Source of the DNA: Ramazzottius varieornatus
Lineage: Eukaryota; Animalia; Tardigrada
Direction: 5' to 3'
Length of the DNA: 64,000 nt
NCBI GenBank assembly: GCA_001949185.1
Contig: BDGG01000013.1
Span: 1,318,617-1,382,616, forward strand
The notes under the pieces were generated by a model. That model saw only the letters and a list, made by a program, of their open reading frames with translations, ran no database searches and was not told where the DNA came from. Shown here in pieces: positions 51,501-64,000 of this stretch; the stretch's first letter is position 1, and every line of letters begins with the position of its first letter. Both the position numbers and the translations under genes were made by a program.

Positions 51501-53260
51501 ATACGTGCATACGTAACACTCAACGGGTGCCCGCCGGTACCTACCTGTTGGGAAAGCGATAAACTATCTCGCGTTCCATCGACGAGCCAAATATTCGGAT
51601 GGATAAATGTCCCTGTTAAAGTAACGCACCCAAATTCTTTTCAGATATCGAATTTATCACCCCGATACACGGGCGCAATTCAGCGGTACAGTAGATTACG
51701 CAAAAGATTTAGGTATACGGAAAGTTCACCGGTGGGGGAGTACAATGGTAAGTTAGCCGACGACCTCGCTCTTCCATGAACCGTAAAATGTAATGCGGTA
51801 AACCTGATGTTGAATATTTTGTGTCGGTTAAACCTCAAACATGGCGGACAAGTTGCCCGTACATACTGGTCTTTGTCAGCACTTGACAGTGAGCATTAAA
51901 CGGTAAACGACGGTGAACTATGGATAGAGACATTGGGGTGGAAGTCGGAAGCTTAGCCGGACAAGGTTAAAAGTTATTGATAGCACTTACATTTGCGCGG
52001 TGAATAATCAAATTGGTTTATGTTCCCCAGTCTACACTTGAGACGCTTTAGTTGCCGCACCGTCTCGAAGCGCTCCAAATGGCAATATCGATTAATAATC
52101 CAAATTGCAGCTTGCCGTCATTGCCATAATGAGCAGACTCGAATAAATTGATGATCAAGTACGACATGTGAACGTGAAATCGGAGACGTCGCTGAGGTGA
52201 ATACTGTTCTGGCACAGACATCGGAACGTAACCGCTTGCAGGAAATTACCGTGGAAAGGAAAATATCGCGAGGAATTTCACTCTGTTTCCTTCGGGGTAG
52301 AGTCGCCCTGTTGGAACAGTGAGCACAGCAGCAGTAAAGCGTCCATGCAATACAACCAGCAGACACGAAAGGCTCTTATCTCTGTGTTCTGCTCTCTGGT
52401 TACCACCGATCAAAAGATTTCCCATCGTTTGGCCTTTGTTCAGGGCAAAAGGTACGGATTGGCGGGTTTCGCGGAATCCCACCCAATCAGCCAATTGCGA
52501 TCGTTCTAACAAATGGTCAAGCCAATCAGAAAGCGCAGTTTCGACAGCCTCCGCCTTTGGGGCGCTGCAGCTGTACCAAACGGCATCGTCGGTCTACGGC
52601 AATTTTTCTACGGTATTTTACCTGCCCAAGTTTTGTCCAGCACAAAATTGAGGTCTTCGAGAACGAAAAAACCCCGAACCGATGAATTTTGCGCTTTCGG
52701 AGTCACGAACTCGGGTGATGTTGACACAGAGAGAAATTTGGGTGGAATGAGAGGGGTGGCATGGCGAGGTTATTTTAGTGGTGCAGAAAAGATACTTGAT
52801 CAAGGGGATTCATGCCTGACAGGGTGGAGGACGTCGATCAGGACGATCAGAATGCCGTTTGTCGAAAGATCATCATCGGCCATAATTGCTCACTGCACTC
52901 ATCTTCCACTACTTTTTGGAAAATCGAAATCTTGTCTGAATAATCAGATGACAAACCATGACAAATATTCACTTTTCCATCAAGATTACGCATTGCTTGT
53001 GACGCCAACCAAGAGAGTGCTCAGTTTTGTACCGTTCATCCCAAAATGTCACAACAACTTAAAACCCTCTCCGAGCATTCTTTACATAGTCAACCCCAAA
53101 CTTATCTACAGAAAGAATAACCTGTACAAGAATTGCGGAACGAAAAATAATAAGTGCGAGATTCGATCATTTAACTTTGCGTTTACTGCACCGAGCTGGA
53201 AAAATCACAACCTGAAAAACTGCCACTAAAATTATTCTAAAAAATTCTATCCATGACTCT

Positions 53261-56200
53261 TTAGGAATCTTTCCGTATTCCTGAGATCCAGGATGATACT
53301 AGAAAAAGACAAACCATCAAAGGACCGGACGTAGGGCTTTCAAATCTTTCAAGAATATCATGATGAATATTTTCCACATATTTACCCCACGATTTTGCGT
53401 TTTGTTGAACCATCTTGCTCGTTTCGTTGACGGCATGTACCGCTGCCGAGAGTTTTTTCGACCGTTCAGGAGTCAACATGCTGTAGAGAAAGTAAACGAA
53501 CACCATTGTGATTGGTGCAAACAAAATTAATGTTGATAATTGCCGCTCATGCGGAGCCAAGCACAATCTGACATCAATTCTCATTGAACTTTCATTCAAG
53601 CCCCATTCTTTACCTGTTGACTTTGGCCTTTATGTCCGCCACGCTATACTCACCGGAGCAAGGATGTCTGTAAAGGAAACAAACGTAAAACAATACCGCC
53701 CGCGCCATTTGTCGATTTTCGTAGTAACCATTCGGAAAAACCAAAACGGGCCTGTTTTGCTTTTTCAATGAACAATCAATGCTAACAAAGAATCATAAAA
53801 AGTCGAAATTAACCCATTTCGTGGAAAACATGTGGAGATTCAACCCTAAAAAACGACAGGGATACTCTGTGTGGCCTCAGAATTAACCGAGAAGAAGATG
53901 GAAACGAAAAAGGAATATTTTAGTGATTCTGCGTATTTTTTTTCGATTTTATTTTACCCCATGGCAAAGTCTTCCAGTTTGGTTGGCGCGTTCTCATTCC
54001 ATATCCGGAAATTCTTGGTCTTCCGCCAAGCAGAAACAAACGAGTAATTGAAGGATTCGAGGACGAGCTTCTGCGACTTGTCCAGGGCCGAGCACCGTGA
54101 AGCAGTGCCCAACATGCCCGTCAAGTATGCCCGGAACTGCGAGCGTATCCATTCTTCGCCGCCTTCCCACCCTGCGAAAAAAGACATCCATTCATCCATT
54201 TCCGTTCATTAAGCCGAGAAACTAGAGCAAGACTACTACGATGTAGTGTGTACCAGTTCCATGAAAGACCGACTCAGCCTTGGCTCCGTTTGCATCGTCA
54301 TTAACCATCTTGACGACATTATCGATGAAGCGAATATCCTCTGTGGTGAGCTGTAACTGCCGCTTTAAATCCACATCGTACACTTCGACTTTACCCTCCG
54401 CGACCTGTCAACAACAAGCAACATTCAGGCCACTTTTCACAACACGAAAACATGAAAGAATCCAGAACATTCATCAAGTGGCGCACTTCGCCTGTACTAT
54501 GACCCATCAGGTGCGTCAAGTCTTCGCAGCACCCCAAAGCTATTTCCCGTTTCTCCGCCACAACAAAACAAGTCCATGATGATGTTCCAGAAACCTCAAT
54601 TACAAACTCAAACAAAACGGCAGACTTCAGTGAATAGTATAGTTCGAGTCACTACGAAAAACGCAACGCACAGCTCAGTTAGTTGAGGACGAAAACATTC
54701 GTCAAAAACGAAAACATTTGATCTAGTTCGCTTTGGTCAAATGGCGCTTTTGACGATACAAAGAACAGACAAAGTGCGCCCCTTTACTTACGATATGCCA
54801 GAAAGCTTTCATCATGAGTTTCACGATTACAAGTCATGACTTACATCCACAAGGGCATCCGCGAATTTTTTATGATGATGTAGGAACAGCTGGTTCGTGG
54901 CACCTATCAAACACGAAAAATGGAGAAAATTAGGGCATCATATTTACATTTTACACACGTCTGGTCAACAACAAATTTACACAGCGTTTGTCGATTAGCG
55001 ACAAAAGTAGGTGAGAACCATCTAGGTGGTATCTGTCACGTTACGCACGTACTCACCGATGAAGAAGCCCGGAATGGCTGGGTCGTTAAGGAGGTCGTAA
55101 TAGGCCAAGGATAAGTAAGGATGGCAAATATATCCCTGAAAAGACGGCTGCATCATGAATGACTTCCTTCCTAAGCCGGCAAAGTGGAGCAACGTACAGA
55201 AAGACATTAGCCGTACCTTCGTAAACACTTCCAGGGGAAAGCCGTACTCGTCTTTGCGATTTAAGGACGGCCTGACCGGCTGCATCTTTGTGGACGATGC
55301 TCTCCTGTTCTGGCCGTTCGTCTGCTCCGTGGAGTTCGACGCGGAAACGGGAACAGAGGAGAGGGGAGTGCTGGACTTGACGGAGGGGTCGTCCTCTGAG
55401 CTTTCGCTGGATATACTTGGTGGAAGATCTGCGGAAAGAATAAATTGAGAATCAACACCAATGTCACAAATATATTAAAAATGAAAAGATGAACTGGGGT
55501 TCTGGGCTCGGCAAGCACACTCAACATAATTGCTTCTACAAGTGGCGCACGCTTACAGCCAATAATACTGAAAAAATGCGCCACTCAGGGCAACGAAATT
55601 TTCTGGCATTTTTTCCAGACATACTGTATACTTGTTCAAACAGAAGGAAAAGGATGATTTACCATAAAAAATTGGATTCCTTACATTTAAATTTACAGTC
55701 TTTCGAGCTTAAGTTTCACGAACCTTCTTCCTCTTCGGGTTTCTTGTCTTTGGCACTGTCGTGGCTCTTCGACTCTAGGCTTTCGTCGTCGGTGTCTCGA
55801 TAGGTTAGTTCGCGGTTGATTTCTTCGAGGAGGTCCATCTCGGAGATATATTCCAGGATGGGTTTGTCGTCGAGGATGGCGGAGTCCTGCGAGTCTTGGA
55901 GTTGATTCATACAGGCTGACTGCGTCAAGCCGTACTCGACCATCTCGGGAAAGAGAGATATGAGCGAGATTATCGAGGAACTTAGAAGCTTCACCGGTGA
56001 GGAATACACCAAAACCTGCAATGTGAAGCCCTTGAACTGAAATAGTAAACCCTTTTCAAGCTCGGCAAACAGCCTCGACAATATTGTTTCCCCAAGTGGC
56101 GCACGCTGTCGGTGTTATTAGCTGGAAGAGTGCGTCACTCACAAAGCAGTATTGACGACTTCGTTTACCGAGCACAATTGTGATTTCATGCCGTCGGAAT

Positions 56201-57224
56201 TACTTTAGAAGATCATACCTTCTTCTCCAGGAGCAGTAACTTGAACAGAACCAAAATCCGGTGCTTAAATCTCACGACGAGGTCCCGTACTGAAAGACCT
56301 AGACAACCAGAGAGAGCATAATGTTGGAGAACATGTTACAGGGTTGAAGACTCGGGTGTTCGGTAGATTACCTTACCTACGAAGATTTGACTTTCCTGGA
56401 GCAGTTTCTCGCTGAGCGATTCATTAAGTTGGTTGTACGTGTCTTCGAGGAGCTGAACTTGACTAAAGTCTCTCTGTATAAGTACAAAAAAGTGTTTCAA
56501 CTTTACTTGTAAATAAGAGAGTGACAACAATCGCTTACCTCTTCGAAGTAAGCATGAGTTATCAGGGCGAGTTTCGCTTCGATGATGCCATACAGCGGAA
56601 GTCGACTGACAACGCAGACAGACTTCTGAACCGTCTCTCTGGTCACCTCCAGATCCTTCTTCAGTAGCTTCTAAACATAAAGAAATGTACAACCGGCAAA
56701 AAAAGTGATCTGAAGAGGAAGTTTTGCGAACTTACATCGGCATCAATTTGACGATAACAGGAAACTCCGAAGGCTGTCTTCGAATCGTCGTCCAATGACG
56801 GTAGATGAAAGTAAACGGTATCTAAAACCAACACACAATCGTGATCGACTAGCACAGCGAATACTGGACGAGCCATGAAGAACGAAAGTTCCAAAACGTA
56901 CCGCTTTGATACTTATGAGCTCCGTCAGGCAAAGCCAGCGACGGTAGATGCTTCCATTCTTCGGGTAGCATCAGTTCCGGTGTGTCACCCTCCAACTTCA
57001 CCTCCTGCAGAGTGTCACCTGTAGTGCCTTCCGTGGTTCTCGTTAACTGCCATGGAGGCGTGGGAAAGGGAGGATAGCAGTATTCAAGCTGCAACGAGAG
57101 ATACGTGGACCGGAAGTGGGATACCGAAAGCGCGACAGCAGCGAAACGAGCTTACCTGACAGCCTTTCTTATGATGAAAGCCGATGACCAACACATGAGA
57201 GATCACGTTACTTGATTCGGCCAT
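53261..57224 (-). CDS. AVL9: Late secretory pathway protein AVL9 homolog (DENN-like), multi-exon
   Basis: MAESSNVISHVLVIGFHHKKGCQ, LPEEWKHLPSLALPDGAH, FGVSCYRQID, HPYLSL and WEGGEEWIRSQFRAYL. Confidence 0.95.
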
Positions 57225-57919
57225 CTTTCTAAATCCGTTCCAAGCTGGAGAATGTAACTTTTACATCGGAGCGGCTTCGATATCCTGGAAGAACGGCATT
57301 GTACTTTCACGTTCAGTACAAATCCATCAACAATCAAGCACGCCGAGCAAACTCGAAATTCTGAACGTGTTATCAACTTCTTGTGTGTTTACTTTTACCT
57401 TTCGAGCCAGCAGCAGCACAGAAGAAGGGTAAACACACGCTTTATTCAGAACAAAGCAACAGTCTCGCTGTAGTTGAAGTTGGATGGTAGCCGAGCGAAA
57501 AGTCCAGAAGTAAACAAGCGATAAGAGCGCGAGATCACTTTCAAAACGGGTGAAACGTGTGTAGACCCTTTACTGTGGTCCAACGAGCAGTAGTGCCCTG
57601 CATCATAGTAACGCGCTGAAATAAGAAAGGCACACTTGCTGACGAGACTGTTTCTGACCGTCTTCTGTAGCCAGTACCTAATTCATTTCCGCAGTCCAGC
57701 GCACCTTCTCCCACGACACACAGGTCAAGAGTCGAGAAGAATCTCTGCAGAAAACAACATGCGAAATTTGCGTGAAACTGATCGAACCAGTGTCCCTGTT
57801 GCACCGACGCAGCCATGTCTTTTACGGTGCAGTAGGCGTCCGATACGTGTACCTGTAGTCCAAGAAATCGATGACGTAGTGCGTCGCTAAATACATGACC
57901 GATGAACTGGAGCAATCAA

Positions 57920-58210
57920 CACTTTGAATCAACGTACGACGCAGGAGTAAAATGCAAGGGCCGCCTATCCACTCTGCTGATTGGCTTATGTCAAAGTGAA
58001 CGCACCAGTCGACGATTTTTCTTTCTTATCCAGGTTGGTGATTGGAGACAAAAGGAACAATTAGAGTCCGCGCGCGCGGGCAGATTGGATTGGGACTGGG
58101 CGGAGCCAAGTTTACAAGGCATCAGACGTGCTTCACTTTCAGGCAGCCAACATTTCTGCGAGCAACGAACCGCGTAAAATTCATGCAGTAATGATACTGC
58201 TTTGAAAGTT
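57920..58210 (+). promoter_or_regulatory. Candidate divergent promoter (AVL9/Bora) with clustered CCAAT boxes, GC box and CHR-like TTTGAA
   Basis: ATTGG at 57980, 58041, 58084 and 58089. GGGCGG at 58098. TTTGAA at 57923 and 58201. Confidence 0.5.
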
Positions 58211-58909
58211 TCGAATCTTCCATTGATAACAGGTCAACTCGGGAGTGTTCCGATCGCAGAAGCTTGCTTCCCATCCGAAGAAAGTGTCGGCATACGTGCG
58301 GAGCATCGCCTGCTCCCAGTCCTAATTTTGCTGTGTTACTTCTCCGTTGATTGCCTGATCGGAGCACAAGGATGTCTCGATGACCCACCGGAAGTCATCC
58401 TTCTGGATTTTCTGCGAATTCTTCCGTTCGACGTGTCGACGCGAAACATGAATCTGTATTTTAGCCATTAAAAGGAGATCAGAAGGTAATTTTTGCAAAT
58501 TATAATCGTGCGAAATTTGGATCTCGGGGCCGCTTAAACTTGGCGTATTCATTTAGAATCCAGGTTGAAGGCAGGAATGCAGCCTTGCGGTTTACTTGAT
58601 TTGTTTCCAACCATATTTGCTCTAGCTGAGTGAGGAATCACCCGTTGAAAACGAAAACGGGAATTTTACTGGATTGTCTGGATGATTTTACAGGTTGACC
58701 AACGGATTAACGGACAGCTCACGGACCCTTCGACCCTTGTTCGACGACAGGTCTGAGAAAGTAAGGCGAAGAAGATCGCTTCATCGACAAGGAGACAATA
58801 CGTGTTGTAGCGAGATCAATTCAGATTGAATGACTGATCCAAGAAATAGTCGATTGTATCGTTCTGAACGAAAGTGAACTCGTTCGATTTTTCTGTTTCA
58901 GATTCAATA

Positions 58910-60431
58910 ATGAATGTTCAAATGAACAAGTCCAAGACCGTCGGACGGTCAGATAACGATTCGGAATCATCCTCGTCCAAACGGCTCAAGAGTCTCAACG
59001 TTGGCAACGACTACGACTTCAACGCTGAGAAGATCTCCCGCGGCACACAGTCTCCAGCTCGGAATCATGGATGTACCATCCGACAAGCTACTTCCACAGA
59101 GCTGTGCATGTCATCTCCACGTCGAGGAAGGGCAAGAAAACGAGACGAAATCGACGAAGAGAATCGAGATGGGCAGCTGAAGAAGATCGACTCGAATCAT
59201 GTTCCAGCCATGACATTCGACCGTCTCAGGAAAGTTTCACCCATTAAAATGCGGAAATTTCACACTGAACCATTGCTTAAAGCCTTATACTATGAGACGA
59301 AAAAGGAAACAGGTACAAAGAACCATTTTGAATTTTGCTATAGGTTTCCCAACGTGAGAATAATTTTTGCAGGACATTCGCCCAAAATTCCTGACAAGAG
59401 TTTCAATCCCTTCGAGCCAGAAAATTTAGCCGACTTCATGGAACGGTCTATAACGAGCGCGACGATGTTCTCAGAGCGCCCGAAATCTCCGGAAGGCTTC
59501 CAGTGGGATATTCATCACATGGCAGAACTTGGACCGGTTGAGATTGATAACAAGGTGAGAATACCGTCACGGTTTTGACAAACGACATCCCATCAAGGCC
59601 GTACCTGCATCAAAGGTGGTGTCAGTAATCATTATCAAAGCCGTCAATCTATCCGCTAGCTAGGTTTCTTTTCGCGAATTCCAGTCAATTCAGAATATTG
59701 ATAGTTCGTATCCCGAAGGACAAATTTAGCACCCAACCATGTTGTTGCCAGATGGATCTAATAAGAACAGAGCTGATGAAGCATGTTCACACCGATTCAG
59801 AAGAAGAACACGCCCAAGTGAGTATCCGGAAGTACTTCGAGCACACCTACGACTTACCTTCTCCTGCGTCCACCGACGATCGGCCCACGCTCTTTCCCGA
59901 CATCGACATTGACTCTCCCACAGGAACATTTGTCAAGATATCTTCTCGCTCACACCTGACGATGCGCACAGTCGAATGCCAAACCGACGTCCACATTCCC
60001 ATCGGCTTCGACTTTGACCGCTTCCTGGCTGACCACAAGGTCCGTCTTGAAAAAGCCGAGAAGTCCTCCAAGTCCAGACGTGACTCAGTCAGAAGACGGT
60101 TGTTCGTCAGTCAAGAGAGCTCTGAAGATGAGGAAAGCGTGGGGAACCTGGAAGTGTCGGGAGGATTCGTTTCCAGCACGCAAAGATTCACTCAACAGGT
60201 AAGATTTCACGCACCTGCATACTTTCCGTGAGCAATAACTGAACTGGTCATGTGTATGCAAGATCATGCATTAATGAAGTTCTTTGTCCTTCCCTTCAGC
60301 ATCGAAGCAGTGGCTTTGGGGATCGGGATTTCCTCAACGTCGATGCTCCGCTCAACGTTTCGCCTGTGATGTCGCCTGTCCATGATGAAGGTTCCGATCA
60401 GGAGATGGATGATCAGGACATGAAAATCTGA
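58910..60431 (+). CDS. BORA: Protein aurora borealis (Bora)-like, ~4 coding exons
   Basis: NPFE, FQWDIHHMAELGPVEID, AQVSIRKYF..PSP and many SP/TP sites. Introns at ~59312-59371, 59554-59751 and 60199-60299. Confidence 0.8.
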
Positions 60432-60745
60432 AGACTTGCTCAGGATCCGGATTCCAGACAGACTTGGCTTGCTTCTTCGGATGTGATGAGATCAGTATTG
60501 CCGAAGTGTACAGTAAAGAAACTGATGTTTGTTTGTTACTAACAGCTCCAAGAGGCTACGAAATATTGAGCATGTTAAAATGATAATTTGATTGGAATCA
60601 GTTGGAGATGGATTTTGTTTTAACCAGGATGTTTGGGCTATTGTCTCTAGACTGCGTCCAGCTGATTGAATATATATGAACTCTGATAGATGGTTGATTA
60701 ATTGAGTTACTTTCGATTCCAAACCCAACTGCCAACGAGGTTATA

Positions 60746-60957
60746 GAGATTGCGAGCGAAAGCGCACTAGTACAATTCGATACGCGCAGGAACATGGTGA
60801 CATCATATGTAAACATTGTGTGACTTTTTTAACGCNNNNNNNNNNNNNNNNNNNNNNNNNNNNNNNNNNNNNNNNNNNNNNNNNNCAAACTTGTTCCTAT
60901 GATGTCACGATATTCCTGTGCGTAGCGAATTTTGCTAGTGCGTTTTCGCTCGCAATC
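60746..60957. repeat. Inverted repeat (MITE/foldback) spanning an assembly gap
   Basis: GATTGCGAGCGAAAGCGCACTAG..GTGACATCATA left of the gap vs TATGATGTCAC..CTAGTGCGTTTTCGCTCGCAATC right of the gap. Confidence 0.75.
60836..60885. other. Assembly gap (50 N)
   Basis: Run of N. Confidence 1.
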
Positions 60958-61391
60958 CGTATATTAATCGGCGGATCATAGCTTCGTACAGTACCCACTT
61001 GCTTGCGTGGCGCACCACCCATCGGTAATGCGCTAAGTGTAGCCGTGTGTAGGTACGAAACTGGGCGGTCCCTACTCGTCTGGGACGACCAATCCAGCCA
61101 TTTGTTGGTGTTTTTCGTTTCCGTTCGAGTTTAACTTTCTGAACATCGTCAAGGGTTGTGGCAAGTTTCAGTCTCCCAACAGTTTTCCGAAGCTTTCTCC
61201 CTCGTCTTGGCTCCAGAAACCATCATCGGATACACCGACGATTGATCCTGCAGATTTATCATAAAGGAGACGCCTTGTTGGAGCGATCCGAGGGTTGGAG
61301 CTGTTCAGCGACTTGGCCGTTCATTCACATGAGTCAATCATCTTCCACGGTTTGATTATCGTTGTCTTTCTGTATTTTAAGATTATCTTTT

Positions 61392-64000
61392 ATGGCCATA
61401 AGCCGGAGAAAGCGTTCTCAGATTACAAGAACTCTGGTGACGACAGGATGCGGCGCGTTTCTTCTGTTCACCGCTTCGAGAATATTTTCCGCACCGGTTG
61501 AATATGGCGACGACAGCAGCGAGTCAGCGTTTTCTCAAGATACAGTCAGTGGACATCGATCTAACCCCTCTCGAAACTCCTAACGTGGTTTACGTTACAT
61601 AATTTGGATTTTAGATTGGAAATTTGCTGGGAAAGAAAATTGACTGGCACGACTACAGATTAATCGAAGCAGAAAGCAAACGCACCGGTAAATTTTCGAA
61701 ACTGTCGTAACACTCCCGAAAAATTGTTCTACGTACAGTAATTTTTTCGTAGGTCCTGGAGAGCAAGGAAATTCAGTGATACTAGATGCGAAAGAATCGG
61801 AAGGTTTAGGACGTCTCTTTAGTTCGAACGGCTTTAACGCGCTTGCCAGCGATAAGATAGCTTTGGACCGATCCATAAAAGATATTCGGCATAAAGAGTA
61901 ACGGCTGGAATTCACTCGGAAAATTCTGGTCTGGAAAAGAAACGTTATGAATACTTCGATGTTATTTTTCTTTTCAGCTGTCGGACAAAAAAGTACTACG
62001 ACAGGTTACCAAGCGTGAGCATCATCGTTCCTTTTCATAACGAACACTGGACGACGCTTCTACGGACAGCCAAGACGGTTCTCGTGCGATCTCCGCCGAA
62101 GCTGATCAAGGAAATTATCCTTGTCGATGACTTCAGTACCAAAGGTACCTTTTTCTTTCTACCTCATGAATTTTTAACCGGACTTTGAACGGGAAAGGAT
62201 GCGTTAACTTTTCCATTTCCGGTAGAGTTCTTAAAGTCTCAACTGGATGAATATGTTCGCGAAAACCTTCCAAAGACTCGCGTACTTCGAGCCAAGAAGC
62301 GCGAAGGACTGATAAGAGCGCGTCTTCTCGGAGCCAAAGCAGCGCGAGGCGCTGTTTTGATCTTTCTAGATTCGCACTCGGAAGTTAACACCAACTGGCT
62401 TCCTCCCCTGATTGGCAAGTTGTACACAAACTGCTTTCCATTCCCAGTTTCCACTCCGACTCCTCTTTCCAGAGCCCATAGCCTTGAACTATCGAAATGT
62501 AACCTGTCCCTTCATTGATGTCATCGACTTCGACAACTTCGAGTACAGAGCGCAAGATGAAGGTGCTCGAGGAGCCTTCGACTGGCAGCTGTTCTACAAG
62601 AGACTGCCGCTGCTGGAACAAGACCTCAAGCATCCAGCCGACCCGTTCAAGTACGACCGACGTACGCATTTCCCCCTCACTGGATACTAACTGCGTTTAA
62701 TTGTCGTGCTTCACAGGAGCCCAGTGATGGCCGGTGGACTATTCGCCATCAGCAGCAAGTTCTTTTGGGAACTGGGCGGATATGACCCTGGCTTGGACGT
62801 CTGGGGCGGCGAACAGTACGAACTCAGCTTCAAGGTGACAAAATCTTTATGGCCTTTATTCTATGTCTTCACGAGTATCATTTGCAGATATGGCAGTGTG
62901 GAGGAGCGATGTACGACATTCCCTGTAGTCGAATCGGCCAGTAAGTCCTGTCTTTGCTCTGAAACCTCTCCACTATCTCCATAGGGGTTTATTCCTACTA
63001 TGACTGTCTAATTTCTTTCTTCTTTGCTTTCCAGCATCTACCGGAAGTTCTGTAAGAAACTTATAGCTTCCGGGACGAGGAAACATGATTCGAATTAGAT
63101 AGTTTTACCGAGTGGCGCATAATCTCAGCTAATAACAATGGAAACGTGCGCCACTTGACATAACAATCTGTTTGAGTTCCATTTTCTTACGTGCCATGTT
63201 TTTCTTGATCGGTGTAGCCATGTTGGTTTTTTACAGCGCCGTTCGGTGGTGCCGGTGTGGGTGACTACGTCAGTCGGAACTACCGTCGAGTGGCGCAAGT
63301 GTGGATGGACGAGTACGCAGAGTTTATCTACGATCACAAGCCTCACTATCGGACCCTCGACGCAGGTATGCCAGTAGAATTTGTTATTATTAAATGTTGA
63401 TAAGACCTCGTGGCTGCGGTTCTGCCTCCGAGTGAGTCTCTAACCACGGCACCATTTTGCAGGCGACATCTCAAAGCAGGTGGCGTTGCGGAAGAAGCTT
63501 CACTGTAAGTCATTCAAGTGGTTCATGACGGAAGTCGCCTTTGACTTGTTCGACCATTATCCACCCGTCGAACCACCCGACTACGCAACTGGAGAAGTAT
63601 AAAATCTATCAAAACTTTTGTTTGAAGTAAAATGGAAGGGGCAGACCAAATCGAGAAGATCGTGTCTCCGAGTGGCGCACGCACTCCGTATGGTTGGCTG
63701 CGAACGTGCGCCACTTGCAAAAACGATCTTCGCGAGTTTGTTTGCCTAGGTTCTCAATGTGCAATACTGAACAAAATGTTTCTGTTTTCAGATCCGGAAT
63801 GTGGCGAGTAATAAGTGTGTCGATACACGCTTCGGAGGTCAGAATCAGCGCTTTACGTTGGAGAATTGTCTCAAAGACAACTCTGAACATGGTGGCGAAC
63901 AGGTAAGACCTAGAAGTGTTCTTTGATCGATCTCTCAGACCGGAAGACTCATTACTTTTACATTTTCTGGTTGTAGTCGTTCGCTCTGACATGGCATAAG
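61392..64000 (+). CDS. Polypeptide N-acetylgalactosaminyltransferase, GALNT10/pgant6-like (3' end beyond window)
   Basis: Type II N-terminus MAISRRKRS + TM, then [74 protein letters not shown] and the start of the ricin lectin domain. Confidence 0.95.

Larger units (their letters stand above)
22217..63717. repeat. Dispersed ~50-55 bp palindromic repeat family (CCAAGTGGCGCAC..~25 nt..GTGCGCCACTTGG); span gives first and last copy
   Basis: Copies at ~22217 (half), 24058, 24138, 24222, 24811, 35500, 45332, 45402 (half), 49080, 54475, 54739 (degenerate), 55538, 56091, 63108 and 63668. Confidence 0.9.

Noticed and set aside
52513-53229. 238-aa plus-strand ORF
   Set aside because: No domain-like content. 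It lies over the AVL9 3' flank and putative promoter sequence.
62365-62385. GALNT DSHSE instead of DSHCE
   Set aside because: The DxH metal ligands are intact, and the following residue varies in the family.
63286-63300. GAGTGGCGCAAG resembling a palindrome arm
   Set aside because: It lies in the conserved GALNT codons R-V-A-Q and is coincidental.

Overview
This is eukaryotic (animal) genomic DNA, not prokaryotic. It is gene-dense, with many short (~50-100 nt) GT-AG introns and two 50-N scaffold gaps. I found no CRISPR array, tRNA or rRNA. The gene content and compact introns suggest a small invertebrate genome, possibly a tardigrade (inference, not verified). Apparently intact genes: TSPO (-), an ANF-receptor-type ectodomain/TM protein with only a short tail (+), a 4xDOMON + cytochrome b561 ferric-reductase-like protein (-), a probably non-inhibitory serpin (+), an MRL adaptor (pico/lamellipodin/RIAM) (-), AVL9 (-), Bora (+) and a GALNT10/pgant6-like GalNAc-transferase (+, runs off the right edge). 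The first ~21 kb is rich in decayed sequence: an Ngaro tyrosine-recombinase retrotransposon next to a receptor pseudogene, a full-length but disabled hAT element, an XDH/AOX pseudogene, triple-nested DNA transposons in one intron, a Mos1-like mariner relic and a BTB relic (a related MATH-BTB relic lies at ~31 kb). The main unexplained signals are: a ~50-55 bp palindromic element (CCAAGTGGCGCAC...GTGCGCCACTTGG) in about a dozen mostly intronic copies, a 16-nt copy of the hAT terminal repeat inside the transposase CxxH codons, a cyclase-less receptor family, and a duplicated serpin C-terminal exon. All coordinates, translations and splice models were derived by hand.
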